A stretch of DNA of 64,000 nucleotides, taken from contig JBBISH010000021.1 of assembly GCA_037441385.1 (NCBI GenBank), positions 1 to 64,000 of the forward strand, read 5' to 3'. Both the position numbers and the translations under genes were made by a program. Below the pieces are notes generated by a model, which was not told the DNA's origin, ran no database searches, and was given only the letters and a program-made list of their open reading frames with translations. Positions 48,717 through 57,877 of the stretch are shown here, one piece after another. How positions within the stretch are numbered: the stretch's first letter is position 1; every line of letters begins with the position of its first letter. The DNA comes from Myxococcales bacterium. Lineage in GTDB: Bacteria; Myxococcota_A; UBA9042.

Positions 48717-49664
48717 TCAGCCCTGCGCCATCAGCCGCAGCATGATGGCCTTTTGCACGTGCAGGCGGTTCTCGGCCTGGTCAAAGATGATCGACGCCGG
48801 GCTATCGCAGACCTCGGCGCTCACTTCCTCGCCGCGGTGGGCCGGCAGGCAGTGCATGAACACGCAGCCAGGGTTGGCGCGGCCCATCATCGCCGAGTCG
48901 ACCATGAAGCCGTGGAAGTCCTTCAACCGCTTCTGCTGCTCGGACTCCTGACCCATCGAGGCCCACACGTCGGTGTAGATGCAGTCCGCGCCCATGACAC
49001 CCAGATTCACGTCGCCCGTCACGGCAATGCGCGCGCCAGTCTGGGCGCCCAAAGCCTGGGCGCGGTCGACGATCTTGGGGTCGGGCCAGTAGCCCAGCGG
49101 CGCGACGATGGTCACGTCCATGCCCAGGGCCGCGCCGGTGTCCAGCAGCGAGTGCGCCATGTTGTTGCCGTCGCCGACATAGACCAGCTTCTTGCCCTTG
49201 AGCACGTTCACGTCAAAGGTGCCCTTGGGCGACCACTGCTCGACCAGCGTCTGGGCGTCGCACAGGGTCTGGCAGGGGTGCTCCAGGTCGGACAGGCCGT
49301 TGATGACCGGCACGGTGGCAAATTGCGCCAGCTCTTCGATGACTTCGTGGCCGTAGACGCGCGCCATGATGCCCTGACAGTAGCGGCTGATCACGCGGGC
49401 GGTGTCGGCGATCGTCTCGCCGCGGCCGATCTGGATGTCGGCGCTGGACAGAAACAGGGCGTGGCCGCCCAACTGGTACATGCCCACTTCGAACGAGACG
49501 CGGGTGCGCGTCGACTTCTTTTGGAAAATCATCGCCAGCGTCTGGCCGGCCAGTGCGGTGCGGTACTTGCTTGGGTTCACCTTGACGTCGTTCGCCAGCT
49601 CCAAGGTCTGGGCGATCTGGGCTGGGGTGAGGTCGGTGACAGAGCGGAAGTGGGCCAAAGCCAT
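48717..49664 (-). CDS. argF: Ornithine carbamoyltransferase
   Basis: KKSTRTRVSFE, HPCQ, YVGDGNN, DVWASMGQE, FMHCLP, DQAENRLH. Confidence 0.96.
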   Translation of the reverse strand: MALAHFRSVTDLTPAQIAQTLELANDVKVNPSKYRTALAGQTLAMIFQKKSTRTRVSFEVGMYQLGGHALFLSSADIQIGRGETIADTARVISRYCQGIMARVYGHEVIEELAQFATVPVINGLSDLEHPCQTLCDAQTLVEQWSPKGTFDVNVLKGKKLVYVGDGNNMAHSLLDTGAALGMDVTIVAPLGYWPDPKIVDRAQALGAQTGARIAVTGDVNLGVMGADCIYTDVWASMGQESEQQKRLKDFHGFMVDSAMMGRANPGCVFMHCLPAHRGEEVSAEVCDSPASIIFDQAENRLHVQKAIMLRLMAQG

Positions 49665-49745
49665 GGCAAACCTTGCGGCCCGGCGCCCAATTGGCCGGGG
49701 CGACTGGCGGCGCGGTGCCGCGGGAAGGGTGGGGAGACGCGGGGA

Positions 49746-50285
49746 CTAGAAGTTGTGCTTGAGCTCGCCGGTAGCGCGCGGCGAGTTCGGCTCGGGCAAG
49801 AAGATGCCCGACGGACGCTGACCCGGGGCAGGCATCGGCGGCGGCAGCGGCTGCGACTCGCGCGGGTTCTGCGTCTGCGTCATCGGCTGGGCCACTTGCT
49901 GCATGGCCGGCCGGGCCACGACGGGCGCCGGGGCCGACGGGCGCGCCGGGCTGCTGGTGGCCTTGTTGGTCATCTGGCAGGCGCCATCAAAGAACACGCC
50001 TTTGTCGATGTGCAGGGCCGGCGACAGGATGTTGCCGCGCAGGCTGGCCGGGGCGTGCAGCTCCACCGCCTCGCTGGCCGTGATGTTGCCGGTCACGTTG
50101 CCGTACACCGCGATCGAACCGACGCGGATTTCTGCTTGCACCTCAGCGCCTTCGCCGATGATGAGCGTGCCTTCGCTGAAGATCTCGCCGGTGAAACGGC
50201 CGTCGATGTGCACCGTGCCTTCGAAGGTCAGTTTGCCTTCGAATTCACTTCCTTTTCCCAGCAGGGCATTGGGCGTGGAGCTCAT
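49746..50285 (-). CDS. Bactofilin (polymer-forming cytoskeletal protein) with a Pro-rich tail
   Basis: LLGKGSEFEGKLTFEGTVHIDGRFTGEI...GNI...GVFFDGAC beta-helix. Confidence 0.92.
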   Translation of the reverse strand: MSSTPNALLGKGSEFEGKLTFEGTVHIDGRFTGEIFSEGTLIIGEGAEVQAEIRVGSIAVYGNVTGNITASEAVELHAPASLRGNILSPALHIDKGVFFDGACQMTNKATSSPARPSAPAPVVARPAMQQVAQPMTQTQNPRESQPLPPPMPAPGQRPSGIFLPEPNSPRATGELKHNF

Positions 50286-50518
50286 GGTCGGTTCCTGTCC
50301 TTGGCTGTGGGCGCTGCAGCGCCGCGGTTACTGCGTTCTTGTTCTGATCCCAGGCTGCGAGCGGGAGTCCGCGCCGTTGGCTGCAACACGGCGAGCGCGG
50401 GATTGTATGCCCGTCGCCTGCGCGGTGCCAGCCAGAAGTGGCCGGACCGAAGCGCCGCGCCGGAATAGATTGCGTGACGCTGCGAGCAATTAGCCGCAAA
50501 TTCGTGGTATTTTGCCGA

Positions 50519-51280
50519 CTAGCGTGCGCGAGCCGCCGCAGCCAGCTTGCCTTTGGCCAGCCGCAGCTTCCACACGTTGACGATCGCCTCGCGCACGATC
50601 GAGCCCGACATCTTGCTTTGCCCGCGGGTCCGGTCAGGAAAGTGGATGGGCACTTCGCCCACGCTGAACCCCAGCAACACGCAGCGCCAGGTCATCTCGA
50701 TCTGGAACACGTAGCCGCCGGAAACGATCTCGTCCAGCGGCAGCGCGGCCAAGACCTTGCGCCGGAAGCACTTGAAGCCGCCGGTCAAGTCCTTGTACGG
50801 CAAACCCAAAATCAACTGAGCGTAGGTGTTGCCACCGCGCGAGATCAGGCGGCGCCGCCAGTCCCAGTCGTCGGTCGCGCCGCCAGGGATGTAGCGAGAA
50901 CCCAGCACCACGTCGCAGGTTTTGGCCTTGTCGATGAACTCGGGCAGGTAGCGCGGCGGATGCGAGAAATCGCAGTCCATCTCAAAGATCAGCTCGTACT
51001 CGCGTTGCAACGCCCAGCGAAAGCCGGCGATGTAGGCGCGACCCAGGCCCTCTTTCTTTTGCCGATGCAGCACGTGGACGCGCTCGTCGCCCGCGGCCAG
51101 TTGGTCGGCCAGCGCGCCGGTGCCGTCCGGGCTGTTGTCGTCAATTACCAAGATGTGGACGTACGGTACCTGGTCCAGCACCGCCGCAACCATGAGCGGC
51201 AGGTTCTCGAGTTCGTTGTAGGTGGGCAGGCAGATGCAGACCTTGGGGTCGGCGGCGGGCGCGGAATGGGCTGCAGACAC
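50519..51280 (-). CDS. Polyprenol monophosphomannose synthase (GT2, Dpm1/Ppm1-like)
   Basis: PTYNE, IDDNSPDGTG, KEGLGRAY..GF, EMDCDFSH, GSRY..GG, DLTGGFK, FQIE, GQSKM. Confidence 0.92.
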   Translation of the reverse strand: MSAAHSAPAADPKVCICLPTYNELENLPLMVAAVLDQVPYVHILVIDDNSPDGTGALADQLAAGDERVHVLHRQKKEGLGRAYIAGFRWALQREYELIFEMDCDFSHPPRYLPEFIDKAKTCDVVLGSRYIPGGATDDWDWRRRLISRGGNTYAQLILGLPYKDLTGGFKCFRRKVLAALPLDEIVSGGYVFQIEMTWRCVLLGFSVGEVPIHFPDRTRGQSKMSGSIVREAIVNVWKLRLAKGKLAAAARAR

Positions 51281-51305
51281 GAAGAACCTCGCGAACGGTG
51301 TGACT

Positions 51306-53174
51306 TTAGTAGTGTTCGGTGTAGAACGAGTCGAGCAAACCCTGATGCTTGCTGCTGATTTCTTTGCGACGCAGCTTCAGCGACGGCGTCAGGTCGCCTT
51401 CTTCTACGCTGAAGTCGCGGTGCAAGATCGCGAACTTCTTGATGGTCTCGTAGCTGGCCAGCGACTTGTTGCGCGCTTCGATCTCGCCGTGCAGCAGCTT
51501 CCAGACCTCGGCGTTCTGAGTCAGATCTTCTTGCCCCTGGGCGGTGATGCCGTGCTCGCGCGCCCAGCGGCGAATGGCGTCGTCGTCCAGCGTGATGAGC
51601 GCCGACAAGAACTTGCGCCGATCGCCATACACCATGCAATTCGAGATGTAAGGCGACGTCTTGAGGTGCGATTCCAAGTTCTGCGGCGCTACGTTCTTGC
51701 CGCCAGCGGTGATGATCAGGTCCTTCTTGCGATCCGTGATGCGCAGGAAGCCGCCCTCGTCGATCTCGCCGATGTCGCCGGTGTGCAGCCAACCCTCGCC
51801 ATCGATCGCCGCCGCCGTCTCGGCTGGGTTGTTGAAGTAGCACGTCATCACATTGGGGCCGCGAATCAGCACCTCGCCGTCGCCCGCGATCACCACCTCG
51901 ACCCCGGGGATCGGTTTGCCGACGGTTCCCAGCCGATAGTCCTCCAGGCGGTTGACCGTGGCGGCGGCACAGTTTTCGGTCATGCCATAGCCCTCTAAAA
52001 TCAACAGGCCACAGGCGTGGAAGAACTCGGCCAGCTGCTTGGCCAGCGGCGCGCCGCCCGAGATGAAGCCGCGCATGCGGCCACCGAGCAAGTTGTGAAT
52101 CTTGGCAAAGACCAGCTTCTGGGCCAGTTCGTACTCCACCTTCAGCAGGCCCGTCGGCTCCTTGCCCGCCTGGCGCAGCGCGCTGACCCGCTTGCCCACC
52201 GCCAAGGCGGCATAGAAGGCCCGCTTGCGCACCGGTCCCGAGGCCTCGACCCCCGCCACGATCTTGGCATGGATCTTCTCAAAAACACGGGGAACGGCCG
52301 GCATCACCGTCGGCGCGGCCTCGGGCAGGTCGGCGAGCAGCGTGGCCATCGACTCGGGCATGCACATCTGGCAGCCCACGCCCACGCAGACCACATACAC
52401 CACCTTGGCAAAGCTGTGCGCCAGTGGCAGGAACAAGAAAAGGGCATCGTCGTCGCGGACATCCAGCGACTTCTGGCAGGCATCGGTCTCGAACACAAAG
52501 GCGCCCTGCGACAGCACCACGCCCTTGGGCCGGCCAGTGGTGCCCGACGTATAGACCACCGTGCAGGCGTCCTGCGGTCGAATGGCTTGCCGCACTTGGG
52601 CCAACAGGTCGGCCGGAGCGTCGCGCCCGATGGGAGTCAGCTCGCCAGCCGGGGCCACCCAGGGATCGGCGGCCGGCACCACGTCGCCCAGGCGCAGCAG
52701 CGTGCGGCCGGCGGCATCGGCCCGCGCCAGTTGCGCCACGTCGTCGAAGTAGAAAACTCTTGCAAGATTAGGCAGTTGCGCCCGGTTAGCCGCCAGCTTG
52801 GCCAGCTGCGCCGGGTCCTCGACAAAGGCGAAACGCGCTCCCGAATCTTCGGCAATCCACTGAGCCTCGGCGTCTACGGCCGACGGATAGATGGGCACGG
52901 TCACGCCGCCGGCCATCAGTACGGCCATGTCGGCCCACATCCACTCGCGGCGGGTGCTCGCGGCAATCAGCACGCGGTCGCCCTTTTCCATGCCGGCCAT
53001 CAGCAGACCGCGCGCCCATTCGGCCGAGATGCGGCGCCAGTCGGCAAAGGTGGTATCGTGCCAGCGACCGCGAACCTTGCAGTGCAAGATCGCCTGATTG
53101 GGCTGGCGCTGCACGGAATTCTCGAACAGATCCACGACCGTACGGATCGCTGGGTCGAGACCTTGTCGCAGCAT
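51306..53174 (-). CDS. fadD: Long-chain fatty acid--CoA ligase
   Basis: YTSGTTGRPKG, LPLAH, VPRVFEK, GYGMTE, WLHTGDIG, DRKKD, TPSLK. Confidence 0.93.
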   Translation of the reverse strand: MLRQGLDPAIRTVVDLFENSVQRQPNQAILHCKVRGRWHDTTFADWRRISAEWARGLLMAGMEKGDRVLIAASTRREWMWADMAVLMAGGVTVPIYPSAVDAEAQWIAEDSGARFAFVEDPAQLAKLAANRAQLPNLARVFYFDDVAQLARADAAGRTLLRLGDVVPAADPWVAPAGELTPIGRDAPADLLAQVRQAIRPQDACTVVYTSGTTGRPKGVVLSQGAFVFETDACQKSLDVRDDDALFLFLPLAHSFAKVVYVVCVGVGCQMCMPESMATLLADLPEAAPTVMPAVPRVFEKIHAKIVAGVEASGPVRKRAFYAALAVGKRVSALRQAGKEPTGLLKVEYELAQKLVFAKIHNLLGGRMRGFISGGAPLAKQLAEFFHACGLLILEGYGMTENCAAATVNRLEDYRLGTVGKPIPGVEVVIAGDGEVLIRGPNVMTCYFNNPAETAAAIDGEGWLHTGDIGEIDEGGFLRITDRKKDLIITAGGKNVAPQNLESHLKTSPYISNCMVYGDRRKFLSALITLDDDAIRRWAREHGITAQGQEDLTQNAEVWKLLHGEIEARNKSLASYETIKKFAILHRDFSVEEGDLTPSLKLRRKEISSKHQGLLDSFYTEHY

Positions 53175-53337
53175 CGGCTACCTCCTGGGGCGCGCATTTT
53201 CCTCGCCCGGCCCCGCGCTGGCAAGCCCCCGGACCGGGTCGGGGGCGCTGGGATTTTCGCTCGCCGGCTTGTATGGCGCCGCCAAGCCGAATAAACTGTC
53301 GTATGGCCAAACTTGGTCCCGGGGCCGGATCGCGCGG

Positions 53338-53817
53338 ATGACGCAGATGCAAAGCAACAAACTAGCCGGTTTCCCCCGCGTTGTTGGGGCGTTTTCGGCC
53401 AGAGCGATCCGGTTCGTGCAGGCCGCTGCCCTGGTGCTGGCGGGACCCGCCGCGATCGCACTTGTTGGCGCCACGGCCACCGGCTGCTCGGGTTCGGATC
53501 GCGTCGATGGCATGGGCGGTCTGAACGAGGCCGACACGCAGAAAGTGCTTGCGTATATGTCGGACCAGCTGCAGATCGCGCACCAGATTGCGGCGATGGC
53601 CAGCCAGGACAACGCCCTGGAAATGTGCTTCGAGATGTGTCACCGCGCCGCGCAAGCCTGCGTGCTGTCGGGAAAGGTCTGCGACATCGCCGCCGATCAC
53701 CCCGACAACCAGCCGCTGGCCGGTCGCTGCGACGTGACCCGCGAGCGCTGCCGGGCCTACCGCACCAAGGTGCCGCGCCAGTGCACCTGCGATACGGCCG
53801 CCGAAGCGGCGCGCTGA
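53338..53817 (+). CDS. Hypothetical Cys-rich helical lipoprotein (start 53338 or 53347)
   Basis: Hydrophobic signal and ATGC lipobox; 8 Cys in a predicted helical C-terminal half. Confidence 0.6.
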   Translation: MTQMQSNKLAGFPRVVGAFSARAIRFVQAAALVLAGPAAIALVGATATGCSGSDRVDGMGGLNEADTQKVLAYMSDQLQIAHQIAAMASQDNALEMCFEMCHRAAQACVLSGKVCDIAADHPDNQPLAGRCDVTRERCRAYRTKVPRQCTCDTAAEAAR

Positions 53818-53833
53818 TCGCCCCAGACACACC

Positions 53834-53871
53834 CTTGGCCTAATTTGGCTTGCTTGGCCTGATTTGGCTTG
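53834..53871. repeat. Tandem 19-bp direct repeat
   Basis: CTTGGCCTAATTTGGCTTG followed by CTTGGCCTGATTTGGCTTG, one mismatch. Confidence 0.7.
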
Positions 53872-54068
53872 ACCTGACGAGGGGGCCACCGCAGCGGTGG
53901 CTCGGCCCGACCGACCTGCCACGCAACCCGGCCAATTTCCGACCGGCGTGCACGACGGTCTGGCGCATCGGCGCAATTGCTGGCACACTTTCGCGCCCCG
54001 CTCTGCCGGGAGCCATCGCCCCTGCAGCCGGCACCCGACATCATCTGGCCGCAATCCCCTGGAGTTCC

Positions 54069-55928
<1,860 letters not shown>

Positions 55929-55980
55929 GCGACCGCAACTTGTTTGCCTGGCGTGGACGGATCAGGCACTCTGATACGCA

Positions 55981-56046
55981 CCCCACCTGATTCACGCCTA
56001 TACGCTTCTTCTGATCTGTTGTGCAACTGGCGAGAATCAGGCGGGG
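55981..56046. repeat. 18-bp imperfect inverted repeat in an intergenic region
   Basis: CCCCACCTGATTCACGCC ... GGCGAGAATCAGGCGGGG, 16 of 18 complementary, 30-nt loop. Confidence 0.65.
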
Positions 56047-56116
56047 ACCCCGGTCCGGGCCCTGAGAATTGCCCGAGTTTTCGATCCGATTCGGACGGAA
56101 CTGGTATGATTCGGTG

Positions 56117-57088
56117 ATGCTGTTTGGCCACCGCCGATTTCTGATCGCCCTTGCCCTAACGCTGGCCGCGTGCGGTGGGGCGGCCGCCGGCAAAGCCAGC
56201 GGTGATGACACCCAAGCCAGCTCAGATACCGCGGCGAACGACGTGGGCGCCGACGCCCCCGTTCCGGCCGACAGCGTGTTGCCGGATGCTGCGGTCAGCG
56301 ATGCGGACGCGAGCGACGCGGTCTTTGCGGACAGTGCGGACAGTGCGGACAGTGCAGACACCAGTGCCGATGGGGGCGAGGACGGTGCAGTCGACGGCGC
56401 GGCGGATGCCACGGAACTAGCCGACACAGCAAGTGATGGCGGCGACGCGAGCCCCGATGTGCCAGATGGAGCGGTAGTCGACGCAGACAGTGGACCGGTC
56501 GACGCCGCCGTGGACGCCGCCGAAGTGTGCAATGGCGGCTTGCCAGACTGCCCCAAGAACCCCAACGGTCCTCCCGGAACGCCGCCGCCGTGGTTGGGCA
56601 GCGACTGCCTGGCGCCGATGTCGCCCGACTGGCAAGAGGCTGGCCTGAAACCCACGCCGGACCTGGGTGTAGAACTTGGCCCGCTGGAGTCCAGCAACCC
56701 CTGGGCCCCGTACACCGACGGCGGCTGGGCCGCGCTCTACCACGGCCCGCAAGGCCTGGTGCACACCGAACTCGCGATTCGCGTGACCGGCGTGGGCACC
56801 GCGGGCGCTCAAGTCACCGCTTCGGTGATGCGGGCCGCCTACTTGGGCTGCGCGTCCAAGACGTCGCCCATGCCGTTTGCGGTGGGCCTGACGCAGCAGC
56901 CGGGTGGCACTTACTTCAGCTCGAACATGGGGTTGCTGGCCGTCTGGGACATGGGCGTCAACTCGTGGAAGTACTGCGGCCAGTGGGCCGAACTGCACGT
57001 GGCAGTGCGCCTTCCCGACGGTCGCTGGGGCGAAGGCAAGGTCCGCGTGCGGTTGTGGGACATGGTGCCCAGCTGCCCCCCGCCTTGA
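56117..57088 (+). CDS. Hypothetical lipoprotein with a long Asp/Ala/Ser-rich stalk
   Basis: Lipobox LAAC, acidic linker including ADS x3, globular C-terminus with GPQG motif. Confidence 0.75.
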   Translation: MLFGHRRFLIALALTLAACGGAAAGKASGDDTQASSDTAANDVGADAPVPADSVLPDAAVSDADASDAVFADSADSADSADTSADGGEDGAVDGAADATELADTASDGGDASPDVPDGAVVDADSGPVDAAVDAAEVCNGGLPDCPKNPNGPPGTPPPWLGSDCLAPMSPDWQEAGLKPTPDLGVELGPLESSNPWAPYTDGGWAALYHGPQGLVHTELAIRVTGVGTAGAQVTASVMRAAYLGCASKTSPMPFAVGLTQQPGGTYFSSNMGLLAVWDMGVNSWKYCGQWAELHVAVRLPDGRWGEGKVRVRLWDMVPSCPPP

Positions 57089-57148
57089 CGCGCCAACCTA
57101 CACACCTAGCTTGAAGCTACGTCGCCTGCGGGTGGCGCGGGAGGTTGT

Positions 57149-57871
57149 ATGTTCGAGCGTGAGTTGTATGGCCGCATGGATTCGGCGCAGATGGCGCAAG
57201 TCGAGGCCCAAGGTCGCGCCCTGCAAGCGAGTCGCTTCATCAACGAGATCTACGCCTGGATGGCCGGTGGCTTGACGCTGTCCGGCGCTGTGGCGTGGTC
57301 CGTCCTTAGCAGCGACGCCCTCCTGCAAACGGCGTTGTCGTGGTTCGTACCGCTGATCGTGGTCGAACTGGTCACGGTGATCGCGCTGTCGGCGGCGATT
57401 CGACGCATGTCGGCTGCGGCGGCGAGCGTGAGCTTTCTATTCTACGCGCTCTTGAACGGCCTGACGTTGGCGCCGATTTTGCTTCTGTACACCAAAGCTT
57501 CGGTGGCGAATGTGTTCTTCGTCACCGCTGGCTCGTTTGCCGGGCTGGCCGCCTACGGCGCGGTGACCAAGCGGAACCTGACAGCGATGGGTTCATTTTT
57601 CATGATGGGCCTGTGGGCGCTCATCCTGGCGTCGGTGGTCAACCTGTTCGTGCACTCGGGCGGGTTGTCGTTTGCCGTGACCGTAGTGGGCGCGCTGGTG
57701 TTTGCCGGCCTGACCGCCTACGACGTGCAGCGCTTCAAGTCGATTGGCTTTCAGGGGTTTGCCACGCCAGGCGAGCGGCACAAGGCGGCGCTGATTGGCG
57801 CACTGAACCTGTACCTCGACTTCATCAACCTGTTCTTGAACTTGCTGCGCCTGTTCGGCAATCGTCGCTAG
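57149..57871 (+). CDS. Bax inhibitor-1 / YccA family membrane protein
   Basis: YAWMAGGL, FYALLNGLTL, FAGLTAYDVQ, GALNLYLDFINLF; about 7 TM; GGAGG SD. Confidence 0.93.
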   Translation: MFERELYGRMDSAQMAQVEAQGRALQASRFINEIYAWMAGGLTLSGAVAWSVLSSDALLQTALSWFVPLIVVELVTVIALSAAIRRMSAAAASVSFLFYALLNGLTLAPILLLYTKASVANVFFVTAGSFAGLAAYGAVTKRNLTAMGSFFMMGLWALILASVVNLFVHSGGLSFAVTVVGALVFAGLTAYDVQRFKSIGFQGFATPGERHKAALIGALNLYLDFINLFLNLLRLFGNRR

Positions 57872-57877
57872 CGCGCC

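Noticed and set aside
53990..54006. TGGCAC as a sigma54 promoter upstream of typA
   Set aside because: GG-to-GC spacing is 9 or 11 nt, not the required 10
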